DNA of 62,498 nt, filler included, from Asterionella formosa (GCA_002256025.1; 9 parts of 9 records of this genome joined end to end with filler, not necessarily neighbours in it), one strand, 5' to 3'. Shown: positions 1 through 13,837, counted from the whole stretch's first letter. Translations and numbers: made by a program. The notes: generated from the letters alone by a model not told the origin.

Positions 1-3000
1 TGTTTTACTTCTAAGGATATATTAACATCAATTGATTTGATTCCGATGTCCCTTTTAGCGCCAAAATTGGTGGATAATATACCGATACATAAAATACTAC
101 GAGTATTATTCGATAGTGGAGGATCATTATCCTTAATACATGAACGGGTTATGCCTCAAGGTATTTCTTTGTCTGACGAGACTTCCCAACTAATACATAC
201 CATAGCTGGTACTTATTCATCTCATGCCAGTGTCATGCTATATGACCTGATTTTACCAGAATTTAATCGATCCGCTCATATTTTACAACAAAAGTGTCAA
301 GTCTTTAATGGTCTATGCACATTTGATGTTATTATAATAGGACGTGATTTCCTACGTCAAGTTGGTTTAGCCATTGATTTCGTAAATAACACCATGTCCT
401 GTATGGATATGATTGTTCCTATGCATCCTCTCACATTCTTTGATGATAGAGAATGTTTACAAGATGTATTATTATATTTCGATGCACCTATGATTGTGGA
501 ATCTTAATATGCGCTGGAAATTAAAGCTTCTGAATATAATTACGTAAATATTGATACAGTGGTGGATAAACAAATACATTTGACAACATTACAACGATCA
601 TGTTTACGATCTATATTGGTTAAATATCAAACATTATTTGATGGCAAATTAAAAGTCTATAGCCTCACAAACAGGTAAATTTGGAATTATTATCAAATGC
701 TGTCCCTTGTCATCAACGAGCATATCCGGTCGCTCATATTCATTTAGAAGTTTTCAAAACGGAATTACAACGATTATGTGATATTGGAGTCCTACAAAAA
801 TGTGGTGCTTCTAAATGGGCATCTCCCACTTTTATTATTCCAAAAAAGGATGGAAGTGTCCGATGGGTATCAGATTTTCGTGAACTTAATAAAGTCATCA
901 ATCGCAATATATATCCTTTGCCTCGAATACAAACTATTCTCACTAAACGTGCTGAATATGTATTTTTCACCAAATTGGATGTTTTCATGCAATACTATAC
1001 TTTTGCATTGGATGTGGAGAGTCAAAACTTTTGTGTTATTTCAACTCCATTTGGTTTATATAAATATTTACGATTCCCTATGGGGGTGAAACAATCATCT
1101 GACATTGCACAAGAAACTACACTATGGAACAGATCCTTAGTGATTTAGATGATGTGAAAATTTATATTGATGATGTGGGTTGTTTTTCAATGAATTTTTC
1201 AGATCACCTTCATTTATTGGACACTATTTTACATCGTTTACAGATAAATGGATTTACAATTTATCCATCTAAGTGTGAATGGGCCGTCCAAGAGACAGAT
1301 TGGTTAGGCTATTGGTTAACTCCTAATGGACTGAAACCTTGGTCTAAAAAGGTCCGAGCATTGATTAATATGTCTTCAACTACCAATCTTAAACAAGTTC
1401 AATCATTTCTCGGTGCTGTTACTTACTATCGAGACATGTTTCCTAGACGATCGCATGTTCTTGGACCACTTACGGATTTAATTGGAAATAGTCCATTTGT
1501 CTGGTTACCTATCCATCAACAAGCTTTTGAAGAAATGAAAGCATTGTTAATTGCAGATACACTCATGCGTTATCCTGACCATAATTTTCCTTTTCATATC
1601 TTTACTGAGGATGCCTCTGATTATCAATTAGGGTCGGTCATTGTGCAAAATGATCTCCCAGTTGCTTATTATTCTCGCAAATTATCTGCTGCTCAAAAGA
1701 ATTATACTACTATTGAAAAAGAATTACTTTCTGTGGTAGAAACTTTCAAAGAATTTCGCTCTATGTTATTGGGCGCAGTTCTACATGTTCACACTGATCA
1801 TCGAAATCTTATTTATAATACATTACATACTCAACGTGTTCTACGATGGAGACTTTACATTGAAGAATACCATCCTACTTTTCATTATGTGAAAGGGACT
1901 GACAATGCTATTGCAGATTCCATCTCTCGCCTCCCGAGGCTTGAGTCTTTGGTGGAGGATGATATTGATATTGGACCGAAATCTCCAACATCAACTTCCA
2001 CTTCTACTTTTTCAATTGAATTAGATGATGAACCTCTGCTTACATGTTTCCTTAATCATCCCACTTTGACAGACAATATTCAATATCCTCTGGATTATCA
2101 TTTAATACATGATAGACAATTGCTGGATATACAATTGATTCTCAATCAACAAACACATCCATTAAAATTTCCTTCTATCAATTTTCATGATATATTTTTA
2201 ATATGTTTTGTGAAGAATCCAGGAGATACTTGGCGTATTGCTATTCCTACATCATTATTGGATCCTATTATTAATTGGTATCATCAGATGTTAGCTCATG
2301 TGGGTATGACAAGATTAAATGCTACAATTGCTACACATTTTTATCATCCTACATTAAAAGCAAGAGTGGAACATATTGTAAGAGTATGTGAAGCATGTCA
2401 ACGTACAAAATTACCTGGTACTGGTTTTGGTGAACTTCCACCCAGGAATGCATTATTATTACCATGGTCAGAAGTCGCAGTAGATCTAATTGGTCCATGG
2501 AAGATAACAGTGGCTGCTCAAACGATTGAATTTCGTGCTCTAACTTGTATTGACACAGTCACCAATTTAGCAGAAATTTCACGTATCACCAATAAAACAT
2601 CAGAATATATTGCAATGAAATTTGAAAATGACTGATTAGCCAGATATCCCCGTCCAGAACGCTGTATACATGACAATGGAGGTGAATTTACTGGTGCTCC
2701 TTTCTTACACATGTTAGTATTGAATGGAATCAAAGATGCGACTACTACAGTAAAGAATCCACAAGCAAATGCTATCTGTGAACGTTTACATCAATCTATC
2801 AGCAATAGTCTACGAGTTATGTTAAAGGCTCATCCTCCAATCAATGAATTTCAAGCCCAAAATATTGTGGATACATGTTTTGCAGCTGCGTCATATGCAG
2901 CTCGAGCTACTATTCATATTATATTACGTATTTCACCAGGAGCATGGGTTTTTCAACGTGATATGATATTAAATATTCCTTTGATTACAGATTTACAATT

Positions 3001-3465
3001 AATAGATCAACGTCGACAAGTGATAATTGACGAACGTCGTGCAAATTTTCGTCGTCGATCTTATGATTACAAAGTGGGTGACGAGATTTTAATATTATTG
3101 GATAATCCTACTACTTTGGATGATCGTGGACGAGGTCCTTACACTATTATTCAAGTACATGCCAATGGTACAGTTACTTTTCAACGCACTATGCACATTA
3201 CCGAACGAATTAATATTCGTCGTATCAAACCTTTTCATAGGTAAAAGGTTTTCCCTCAAGTGTGGGAGAGTGAGCAATCCTGCACATCGATACAGATATA
3301 TATAGAGTTAGGGTTATATCAAATGCATCGGAATTCAATAATGAGAGAACCCGACTAACATCCATTCTATACTTTGATGTCAGTTCAGGTAATGAGTTGT
3401 ACATAAGGATTAATTTATAAGCTCATATATTCAATAAATACTACTACTTCTAGTTAGATACTTCA
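1..3465 (+). mobile_element. Ty3/gypsy LTR retrotransposon, 3' part (decayed pol plus 3' LTR)
   Basis: Domain order PR (LFDSG, 37-507), RT (WASPTFIIPKKDG, YIDD), RNase H (DASDYQLG, TDH, NAIADSISR), integrase (HHCC-like, VDL, HDNGGEF, NPQANAICER, RGPY). Stops at 505-507 and 2633-2635, frameshifts near 660 and 1125. Purine tract GGGAGAG (3264-3270) precedes the LTR. Confidence 0.95.
3271..3465 (+). repeat. 3' LTR of gypsy element (~195 bp, TG...CA)
   Basis: Begins TGAGC right after the PPT; aligns closely with 48716-48880, and similarity ends at ...GATACTTCA(C). Confidence 0.9.
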
Positions 3466-4720
3466 CATGGTACCGATTCATAATGGTACCAATAGTACTG
3501 GTACCAGGTACCAGGTACGACCCTGGCACAATTGACTTCATATGAGTATGTGGTTGTTAGCAAATAGCTACAAGCATGTATGTTCTTGGAACATGATGAT
3601 TGCCGGTTTGGTACCAGGTACCAGTAACATCATGACAATGATGATACGATTATTGTAAACAGATAAATCACGAATTATTAACCAATTGTTGTTTTAAGCT
3701 TCTGGTATTATAGATTATGTCTACTTGATGTACGACGGTTATGTATGAACTACTCGGGTTTAAATCCGGCAAGAAATCATGGAGATATTGTCGTTGCGGT
3801 CGAACGCCATGTTGCTTCCACCGATTTTCTATTTTAGCTATTTCGCAATGAATATCAAAGCTAAAAGTTCGTTTCTTTCACTAATTGCTAGTGAGACGTG
3901 TATTCTATCTAAGCAACTAATAAAAGTGTTAAACGGTTGAACAGAGTCGAAAATTAATAGTCATTTTATCATGGTAATGGGAAATTTCTCATGTTCGATT
4001 CATGAGCGATTGTTTAATTCTTCCACCGGTACCAGGTACCAGGTATGTAGGCAGAGAGCATATATGTTATACATATAACCATATGTGCATGTACCGGTAC
4101 CACTATTTGTATTCCCGGACGTCTGCACTCATTGGCGGGGGTCGACCATCATCTTCTTTGATCCCTCTCCTGTGCCCGCATCTGACCCCGACGGAATCTA
4201 GCTCTCCGGTAAAAAAAACCAATCTTTTTTGGATTGGGGGGTTTTCGATTGGGGGAATGAGTTTGACCCTAAAATAGTTCCTGCCAAATCAAATTCTAGC
4301 ATAATAGTATTCAAAACGATCATGCCACAAGTGAAAAATAATCGTTTTCCGAGTTAGCCAGATTGTATATTTTAGAATTGGATCTACAGGCGTGTATATC
4401 CGAGATGTCCAAATCATCATTTCGGCAATTTTACCGCAACTTGCAGGTACCTGGTGCTCAAGCCGAAGACGCCAGTCGAAATTATGCAAATCCAGTGCCT
4501 ATTGCTTGTCTTGCGCTCGCCAATTTATGTTTATCAGGTCACAATCATCCCATTGCAGTCCTCAAGTTTCGTTGTGGTTCCTCAAACTCGTTTCTTTCTT
4601 TTCCATCCTTTTGCGCTGACAGTCTGTGTTTGTTTTGAAAGTAGACATCATATCTGTTTGTTTGCATGGTAGTTCTTAGTGACAAACTTGCTCTGCTGTG
4701 AACTCTTGTGACGTTGTTGA

Positions 4721-5000
4721 TCAGACTTGTATGCATCGCCTGAAAGTGGGCTGAGTTCGCACGGGCCTGCCATCCTCCTCTGCTTTGTGATTTTTCAGTA
4801 ATGATCTAGCTAGATCATCTGCTTTCACATTCATTGCCACTTCAGATGTGAGTATCCTGTTGCTGTCATTATCCTGGTGAGCTTTGACCCACTTGATTGT
4901 CGTTTGGACAGGTTGTTCCCTGATGAGATCAGCAATAGATGTGGTGGATGCCCAGGATGCTTTGTCCATGATAGAAAGTGCACCCTCCCTATGTAGCGGA
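4721..5000 (-). pseudogene. Non-LTR retrotransposon (LINE/Ambal-like) RNase H fragment
   Basis: Translation IKWVKAHQD...MNVKADDLA matches the RNase H1-type W-V-K-x-H and N-x-x-A-D-x-L-A motifs; isolated and truncated. Confidence 0.6.
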
Positions 5001-6874
5001 ACGGTATTGAGTTTGAGAGGTATTGGTATGATTATACCTCTACCGTATATTGTCATACATGTTTATACTTACGAGTACATACGTATGCATCAGAAGTATG
5101 CAAGTAAGTAAATACTCAGCAGTTGAAGTTGAGATTGAGAGGTATAGATTTGGTAAATGTTTTCTCTATTCCCGGCGACAATTGGGTTTGTCATGACTTA
5201 CTCAACAGCTGTTTATATTGTGAAATCTTTATTGTTTACTACTCCCTACAAGTCCAAGTTTTCGAGCCTCAACGCCGTGACTAGCTTTGATACTGGCAAG
5301 TACTGAGCTAAAGCTTCTTCGTTTTTTCCCATACTCAGATATAGCTTTTGTCTACTCTTACTACTAGGCACTTTCTACTAGTCTAGTAAAAATTACCATA
5401 CTGCTCCTCTATACTTTGTCCCACGTGTACAAGCGTGAGGATTGAAGACAATGCATGTGAATTCCCATGAATTCAATCATTTTATCTACAGCAAACCTGG
5501 AGGTTTCTGGTGGTTCATGATGTGCATGCATACCTATATCAATGAGTTTTTATACATACTGGTATACTGTAGATGTCAGTTTGAAAATTAATTCAGTTGG
5601 CTGCATGAGACGACTTCCTGCAGAAATCATTGCAAAATACCAGTGTGATGTGGGTGCAGAAATGCAAATTGACATGGGTAAGGGTGTCATCATTTCATTC
5701 ATGCCTACTATGCACATTCACCCAGCACTGTGGGTCAGAAATGTGAACATCACAAAGAGTCATCAGCTTGAAGGAATGATCACTGTTCTGTGGTTAGAGC
5801 TAAAAATTAGAAGTTGATACTAAGAGGTGATGTTCTCATTGTATTCAGAGCTCCCAAGACTGGTAATGAGAATTCAAGATCATTTCTGATGTTGATCTGG
5901 AATAATTTTACGATGGTGAAGGTGAATATTTTGTACTTGAGGAAGAAGTAGAAAATGAAAGGATGTTAAGCCTCCAAGTGCAGTTCATGATGCCAATGAA
6001 GTTCCACTTGGAGCTGGACTATGGCAAGAAAACTGTTGGCCCATTGATTTGACTCTCAAAATTGATACAGGTATCAACAAGAAGGATAAAAATGCTTTGA
6101 GTCCTGAAGGGAATTGTTGAATTAAGAGTGAAGGGGTTGTATACATAATGTAAAATAAAGAGATTGTGGTATCTTGGTTGAGGTGCTGCTGATGCCACGT
6201 CATTATTGACTTTGCAGATGTGGTGGGAATTTTCTGACCAGAAGCCAATCATTGCAATGTTTGTCAAAGCCATCAATAACCACAGGGTGACAAGTGTTAG
6301 GAGGGCCATAAGAAGCCTTACAAATAACTATGTCATTACTGTTAATCCATCAATGTGTCAAACAAGTGCACTTTGTGCCTTCATTTGCTTCACATTGTTT
6401 TCTGTACATTGGACAAGCTTCTCATTAGGCCTGCATGACCTGCCAATTGCAAATGATCAAAACTCTCCATTAATGCTGGACAGTGCACTGTGCTAGTTGA
6501 TACATGTCCTTTTTAAATTACTACTTCCTCTGTCCGCTGCTTCGTTGATCATAGCAAATCTACAGGTACAACAGCTGAGAAAATACCTTCAAACGCTACC
6601 TTCCTATAAAGCACAGTAAAAGAATATGTTGTTGGGATTGTTCCACACCTCATAAATGATCGTTTTCTTCTCTTGTAAGGTGAGATATCGATTTCTCGGC
6701 AAACTTCCTCCTACAATTTTCACTGTGCACTATCTGATGTCTTTGTTTGTGTGTCTGGGGATTCCTGCTGTCCATTCTTCAGGGACGCATTGGCGGTGTC
6801 TAGCAACATCATATTTACTCAAGTCAACGCCCTCAAACAAGTCAGTCTTCCACTCCTCGGGGAGTAATAATGCT

Positions 6875-6974
6875 NNNNNNNNNNNNNNNNNNNNNNNNNN
6901 NNNNNNNNNNNNNNNNNNTTAATTAATTAANNNNNNNNNNNNNNNNNNNNNNNNNNNNNNNNNNNNNNNNNNNN
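6875..6974. other. Artificial scaffold spacer
   Basis: 44 N + TTAATTAATTAA (stops in all six frames) + 44 N. Confidence 0.98.
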
Positions 6975-8778
6975 TTTGTATTAAAACTCAGACAAGGCAT
7001 TACTGAAAATGGCCAAGGAACGAATTCAGGCTCAAGAAGAAGAGTTGGAGAGTTTAAAAGGTGAGTGCTCATTTCGTTGTTTCTGATTCTGTTTTGGCGT
7101 CGCTGGAAATCAATTCTGTTTCTGCAGGATCAAACCATTGAGAATCAATTGTATTTCTAGTGTTTGGTTGTATTGAAATGACTATTCAGGGACAAGAAAT
7201 CTCCAGGATATCTCGCATGATTTTGTGCAGATTATTATATTTCTTCTTTCCCTTTTTTGCTTTGGATGGATTTAATTTCAAGGAAACTATTACTTTTCCA
7301 TATCAACTGCACTCACGGCCATTATATCATTATTATCAAAACTATCAACATGTTATGATTTACTTTCCATATCTATATATAACTATACAGTCGAAAACAA
7401 GAAAATAAAAGACAAGAATTGGAAAGAAAGCGGTCCAACCAGCACCACCAGCAACAACAATTATTTCTCGTCCAACTCTAGTCGACGACCGTCACAAGAA
7501 TTTTCATCACCACCACTACTTGACCCATCCACAAATACTACTGCTGCTACTATGGAATCATCGGCGGACAATATTGTCAAAGTCTGTCAACGTATTAAAA
7601 CATCTGCTACAACAACAAATGATGACGAAGAAATTTATGCTCTCTTTGAATATGAAGTATACAATCCAGAAATGTCGGAAGCGACCAGCAAGCGATTCAA
7701 AGCATGGAAATACTTTGATTCCGAATCTGCACTTGTGGACTATATTCGACGTGATACAGGTGAACCATTGGTCCTACCCGCCTACTCCTTAACACCTGCA
7801 CAATCTAAGGAAATTCAAAATGCCACTAGAGCCCAAGTCTCGACGATTTCAGAAGAATTTCGTAGATTCCGTGTCAAGGCAGAAATTATGAAAAAACAAG
7901 CTGATGCACAGATTCGAGAATTGCACAATACTAATGTCATGTCAGCGACAAGGAGAATTGAAGGAGAAGATTTGGTGAGTTTTGTCAATAGATATATACA
8001 CTACTACAATTTGGTTTAGTTGTAGTTGAAAACAAAAATGTCAAGCACTTTTTGTTGTCATTGGATATGCAAGGTATGTACTCACAACAACAGTTTTCAA
8101 TACATTTTCACAGGAACGAGAACTTGAACAAGCCAGAACAGACCATGCCCAATTAGAACGACTCAAGGTTGAATTAGCAGAACAAGAAGCACATTGGAAG
8201 GAAGCCTATCAAGTTCTCATGACTGAAAATTCTGCACTCAAATCATCAGGAGCGGAAGCACTCCTGGCCGCTCAATGGAGACAACGGTATGAAATGTTAC
8301 TCAAAGAAAAGGAGGAAGTGGCAGGACGGTTGCAAATGCAAATTGACAAGGCAGATGTTTTGGCAGAACAAAGGCGCAAGGTGGATTCTGGCAAATATGA
8401 AATGAAGTACAGGGATTTGAAGGAATCGTTTCGACTGTATCGGAAAAAGGCCAAGGAGATTTTTGAAGCACAACAAAGGGGTGATGTGGGTGTAAGTTGT
8501 CAATCTATTTTTGCTGTTGCTGCTAGTTCTGACTATCCAACTTTCAATATCTCACGTGCGTTCCATCAACTTTATCTTTTTAGCTCGTTTCTATCGCCGA
8601 TAGTGGATCTAGAGATGCAAAATTATCGTATGTGAAGAACTTGATGGTGAACTATCTTTCATCAGATCAGGCTGTTCGTGATCACATGGAAGGAGCCATT
8701 GCAACTATTTTGAAATTTACACCAGATGAAATTGCTCGAATTGAAAAGAAGAAACAAGAGCAAGAATCTTGGTTTTAA
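6975..8778 (+). CDS. GRIP-domain golgin-like coiled-coil protein, 5' partial; exons <6975-7060, 7391-7974, 8114-8491, 8584-8778
   Basis: GT-AG introns keep the frame; coiled-coil body; C-terminus LSYVKNLMVNYL...AIATILKFTPDEI...SWF* is a typical GRIP domain. Confidence 0.88.
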
Positions 8779-9589
8779 AAGTTTGGATTTCATATTATGT
8801 AGCATTTGTTCCGAGAGCAGTCAAAGTGCAATGCTCTTCTTTCGAACTTCAATTTTTCATCTTTCCGAAACCAACCATTTCCATGACTTGCTTTTTTAAA
8901 GCCAAGGTGATGCTCCATCCAGCGGGTAACCGTTAGTACTTACATGCCGTTGAAACGTCACCCTGTTATCAGATTTTTGATTTAGAAATTGAGACAAAAG
9001 ATGCATTTAGACAAACACGTCAACCAAAAAAAGAATGTCACCAATTTGACACTATTGAAACTATTCGAGCTTCCTCTTACTGCGAGCCAATGGTAGCTAA
9101 CAATTGATAAATGCATTTGAATTCACATCCCTTACATTCTTGGTCTTGTTCCTTGAGAAACAAGTGCTTTCTTGAACTACCGTTAACATNNNNNNNNNNN
9201 NNNNNNNNNNNNNNNNNNNNNNNNNNNNNNNNNNNNNNNNNNNNNNNNNNNNNNNNNNNNNNNNNNNNNNNNNNNNNNNNNNNNNNNNNNNNNNNNNNNN
9301 NNNNNNNNNNNNNNNNNNNNNNNNNNNNNNNNNNNNNNNNNNNNNNNNNNNNNNNNNNNNNNNNNNNNNNNNNNNNNNNNNNNNNNNNNNNNNNNNNNNN
9401 NNNNNNNNNNNNNNNNNNNNNNNNNNNNNNNNNNNNNNNNNNNNNNNNNNNNNNNNNNNNNNNNNNNNNNNNNNNNNNNNNNNNNNNNNNNNNNNNNNNN
9501 NNNNNNNNNNNNNNNNNNNNNNNNNNNNNNNNNNNNNNNNNNNNNNNNNNNNNNNNNNNNNNNNNNNNNNNNNNNNNNNNNNNNNNNNN

Positions 9590-10294
9590 ATTGTACCGTG
9601 GAAAGGCAGCTGCCAATTGTTGCGCAAGGCGATGTTTCCTCCACCTAGTATAAGGCCGAATGCCTAAATTGTCCAGCTGCGACCTCGAAAATTGCAAGCA
9701 CAAGAGAAGGAAACTAATCTGTCCCAGGGGTGGTTCCATCCAGTTCCATGCCCATGCCCCAACTTCTAACCATGTTTCCAAATCCGCAGGTTCTGGAATG
9801 TCAGTAGTAACATGATGGTGATTGAACCAATGGACCGTCGGTAAGTGAAAGCACAGTGGGATACTTCCAAAGCCCGCGGTCAGTGCGATAGAAATTCCCA
9901 CCTTGTGTGGAATGGTTTGCCACACAGTAAACCGCTGCTGATATGCGGCCATGGTACGAAAGGTTTCCGATGCTACTTGATAAGAGACTTGATCGACACT
10001 TTGAATGTTTCGTTTCAATAATTCAACGCGAGCATCATGATTCTTCATGGCACTCAATGTCAAGAGACTCAATGTATCCAAGCTACGGCAGGTCGTTGGG
10101 TCCTGCTGTGGAAGGATCCGATGCTGCTGCCTCGTCACGGCCTTGTTCGGTCGTCGGTGGAAGTAACGGCTGCGGCGACGAGCGTCCTGCGGTTGCGGTG
10201 CCAACGTGGACATGGGACGAACCAGCCAACCGGAGGGCCGCTTTGGAGCGGACAATAGTAGCAAGCTACCGAGGGAATGAGCAGCCGAGATCAT
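9590..10294 (-). CDS. Hypothetical membrane protein, possibly mitochondrial; 3' end in N gap
   Basis: Clean ORF with Arg/Ser-rich N-terminus, hydrophobic segments and a Trp-rich block ETWLEVGAWAWNWMEPPLGQISFLLLCLQF. Confidence 0.7.
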
Positions 10295-11627
10295 GAGGAT
10301 GGGAAGGGATCAATGCGAAAATAATAATTTGAAATCAAGAACGGCACAACAATTGGATTGTCACGACGAAAAAAATGGCGTTAGAGTTGCTCTCTGTGTG
10401 ATTCAAGATCTTTAAGATTTCGCTTGCATGGTATGTTTGGTATTCACGTACATGATTGTCATTATACATACCGCTATTTGTATAGACCTAACTGAATACC
10501 GGTATATAATCTGTAACTACTTACCGGTACTCTAGTAAAGCAATACTATGTAGATGTGTACAGAGTCTCAAGATGGAAAATCCTCACGACTTGAATGCAT
10601 GATTGCATGACTCTGTCTACTCCACCTGTGTGTCTGGTAAGTACCAGGGTACCGGTACAAATGATTTTTCATAGCTTCTCTCATGATGGGAAGGAGCATG
10701 GTCGCTCCTCGCCAAAATGCATGANNNNNNNNNNNNNNNNNNNNNNNNNNNNNNNNNNNNNNNNNNNNNNNNNNNNNNNNNNNNNNNNNNNNNNNNNNNN
10801 NNNNNNNNNNNNNNNNNNNNNNNNNNNNNNNNNNNNNNNNNNNNNNNNNNNNNNNNNNNNNNNNNNNNNNNNNNNNNNNNNNNNNNNNNNNNNNNNNNNN
10901 NNNNNNNNNNNNNNNNNNNNNNNNNNNNNNNNNNNNNNNNNNNNNNNNNNNNNNNNNNNNNNNNNNNNNNNNNNNNNNNNNNNNNNNNNNNNNNNNNNNN
11001 NNNNNNNNNNNNNNNNNNNNNNNNNNNNNNNNNNNNNNNNNNNNNNNNNNNNNNNNNNNNNNNNNNNNNNNNNNNNNNNNNNNNNNNNNNNNNNNNNNNN
11101 NNNNNNNNNNNNNNNNNTGAATATGCAGACCAGGCTCGTATATATCAGTAGTAGTTATCTCATTGTTTTGCGGATTTTTACAGAATTGGACCATGGGAAG
11201 GCCTCCTCCTAGCCGCCAAGGCCAATTTTTCACAATCCACCCACCCACCTGGTCAGAACAGTGCAACTACTATATTTGAGTCCTCCGAGTCATTCCCAAT
11301 CCGGGGTATTTGGAACACAAATAGTCAGTCAAACTTCAAAACTTCTTAGCTACACTTATTACCCAACTCTACCTGTATTTTATTCGACGCAGGAAGAGTA
11401 GTACTAAAAATTGCCATGTTATCCAGTCATGTCTGACCACATTCACGCGCAGTTGATGATGACTGAGGCGTGACCAGGTAAGCTTGATTCAGCTGTTTTA
11501 TAATTAAATCGTGGTGAATATATGTTCATCATGAATGAACTTATTTTGTCTCACAATTTTAACAACCAAAAACTAATTTACTATATCACCATTGGAATTT
11601 ACTCCTTGCTTTCATCCTGCTGCAAAA

Positions 11628-12848
11628 ATGAGAATATCTCTCCATCTCTTTTTCATTGTCCTTCATGGAGAATACGACTACACCATGAGTACCCCCAACA
11701 GTAAGTATCCCACTACTATTGTAGTCTCGTCCAGCAGCAACCCTGCCTCTCATTTCCGGGTAAGAAGCAGGAGACTACGAGGCCTAATGGACACTAAGCC
11801 TTTGGCCACCAGCACTTCCATTGACAATCATCATCATAGTACTTTCTCCATCAGCACTAGCTCCTCCTCAGATTTCGCTAGTACTACTACTTCTGGTATA
11901 TTGTTTGAGGGTGAACCTGGTGGTGAAAAAGAAGCTGCTACTACTAGCATTCGAGACCTTGCAACATTTCAACAAAGTCATTCTGATACTGCTCACTCCT
12001 TTCCTCCTATAGTAAGCCCTACTAGTACCAAAGGAGGAGGAAGCCCCACAGCAACAATGTATAGCCCGACAGCAACTGGAATCACAAGGGCAGATAGGCG
12101 AACTGCCAGAGGCAATCCCACCAGCGAAACAAGAACAATTCCTCCTTCGACTACAGGATTGCCAGCTACAACTACAAGAAGCCCAATTGCTGGGGAAACG
12201 ACAGAAGCACCTATCAGTATAACAAGAATCCCTACTCCAACGCCAAGTACTATAAAGGCACCTAGTACAACAACAGAAGCTCCTTTCAGCACAGAATCCC
12301 CTGTACGTACAACTACTGATGCGCCGGTCAGTACACGAAGCCCTATGCAAACAACTACTGAAGCACCTATCAGCACAGGAAACCCTATAAGTACAACTAC
12401 TGAAGCACCAATCAGTACGCGAAGCCCCATGAGTACAACTACCGAAGCACCTATCAACACAGGAAGCCCTATCAGTACAACTACTGAAGCGCCAATCAGT
12501 ACTCGAAGCCCAATGAGTACAACTACAGAAGCACCTATCAGCACAGGAAACCCTATGAGTATAACTACCGAAGCACCAATCAGTACGCAAAGCCCTATCA
12601 GTACAACTACTGAAGCACCTATCAGTACAGTAAGCCCTATGAGTACAACTACTGATGCGCCGGTCAGTACACGAAGCCCTAGGCGTACAACTACTGAAGC
12701 ACCTATCAGCACAGGAAACCCTATAAGTACAACTACCGAAGCACCAATCAGTACGCGAAGCCCTATGAGGACAACTACTGAAGCAAAGTACTCAAAAAGC
12801 AAGAGCGGATACGGACGCCCCAAAAACAAGGCAGGAGGTAAACGTTAA
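11628..12848 (+). CDS. Thr/Ser/Pro-rich mucin-like repeat protein with basic C-terminal tail
   Basis: ATG 11628, short hydrophobic N-terminus, RSRRLR motif, 12 copies of 14-aa STTTEAPISTRSPM, tail KYSKSKSGYGRPKNKAGGKR. Confidence 0.75.
   Translation: MRISLHLFFIVLHGEYDYTMSTPNSKYPTTIVVSSSSNPASHFRVRSRRLRGLMDTKPLATSTSIDNHHHSTFSISTSSSSDFASTTTSGILFEGEPGGEKEAATTSIRDLATFQQSHSDTAHSFPPIVSPTSTKGGGSPTATMYSPTATGITRADRRTARGNPTSETRTIPPSTTGLPATTTRSPIAGETTEAPISITRIPTPTPSTIKAPSTTTEAPFSTESPVRTTTDAPVSTRSPMQTTTEAPISTGNPISTTTEAPISTRSPMSTTTEAPINTGSPISTTTEAPISTRSPMSTTTEAPISTGNPMSITTEAPISTQSPISTTTEAPISTVSPMSTTTDAPVSTRSPRRTTTEAPISTGNPISTTTEAPISTRSPMRTTTEAKYSKSKSGYGRPKNKAGGKR
12264..12785 (+). repeat. Coding minisatellite, 42-bp unit x ~12.4
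   Basis: Unit approximately AGTACAACTACTGAAGCACCTATCAGCACACGAAGCCCTATG; variation is concentrated at third codon positions of the + frame. Confidence 0.95.
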
Positions 12849-13686
12849 CACGTTTGTCGATTTAGTTGACTCATACACGCTTCCATCAATAATACATGTA
12901 TAACGTTCTATTAACGTGACTGTCAACATATACAATTTTGCAACATCGTCCTTATATTTAGTTTTTGTACCTACCAGTATAGTTGGTGGTTTCCCGTTTA
13001 TTTTGCAAATGTGCTGACCATCACAGGTGTTCATGTTCGATTTCGGCGATATTGCATAAAATATCTCACTTCTTGACGAGAGTAGAAAGGCAATGGGACA
13101 GTTGCGTATGTCCCTGTATGGTCGTCCAACTAGTGAAGAAGGAAAGTCTGAGATCTAAAATCTATGATTCATGTTGATTGCTCATAAGGTCGACTATATG
13201 TGAAAATTGCATTTTTCTCTTTGGTAAGTATTAACCAAACCAAACCAAACCACATCACTCATTCCGTTCCATTCAATGCCCACTTGTGCCAAAGCCAGCC
13301 ATGTCCAATCGTTCTCATGTTCAACTATTTTGCAAGGGTATCTTGTGGCAAACGTTCTGCTGCACAAGCACCGCCCAATTGCTCGTGACATGTGCATTTT
13401 AGCATGCCGTTCAGAAGTCTAGTTCTTCCATTTTACGCCAACAAAGTAAGACTTCGTCCCTCTCCTCCAATGCTAGCGACTAGCTGTTTCAGCTGAGCGA
13501 CTGTCAAGGGACAAAACAGAGTTGGCCGAGCTGATACAAACCCTTCAAGCAGATCTTCGACATGAACAACCATGTCGGGGTTCTCTGTTATGCAGATTAT
13601 GCAGAAACTGTACAAAAGCATTTAGTTTCAAATTATCGCGATCATCTCTGCCCTGGCGTCATGCGAGATCAATTTACATACCGGTA

Positions 13687-13781
13687 CCAGCAAGTTGTGG
13701 TAATTGTACTAAAACTAAAATTGTAGCTGTCTTTATCTATTTCAAATTGTTTATTTAAGCCAAATGACCGCAACTTGCAGG
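13687..13781. mobile_element. 95-bp MITE with ~19-bp TIRs and TA target duplication (Tc1/mariner-type)
   Basis: TA|CCAGCAAGTTGTGGTAATT ... AATGACCGCAACTTGCAGG|TA; the same right end (ACCGCAACTTGCAGG|TA) occurs at 4433-4449 on another scaffold. Confidence 0.75.
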
Positions 13782-13837
13782 TACCACCCAGTTTCTACCA
13801 GGTACCAGGTAGCACTTGATCACATGCTCGATAGGAG

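Noticed and set aside
505..507. Stop-codon readthrough or recoding in retroelement pol
   Set aside because: Stops co-occur with frameshifts, and host genes use the standard code; ordinary decay.
6919..6930. TTAATTAATTAA recurring every ~6.95 kb
   Set aside because: Six-frame stop linker embedded in Ns; assembly artefact.
11868..12829. Long antisense ORFs (VLIGASVVV and Cys/Arg repeats)
   Set aside because: Shadows of the 42-bp coding repeat; synonymous variation supports the + frame.
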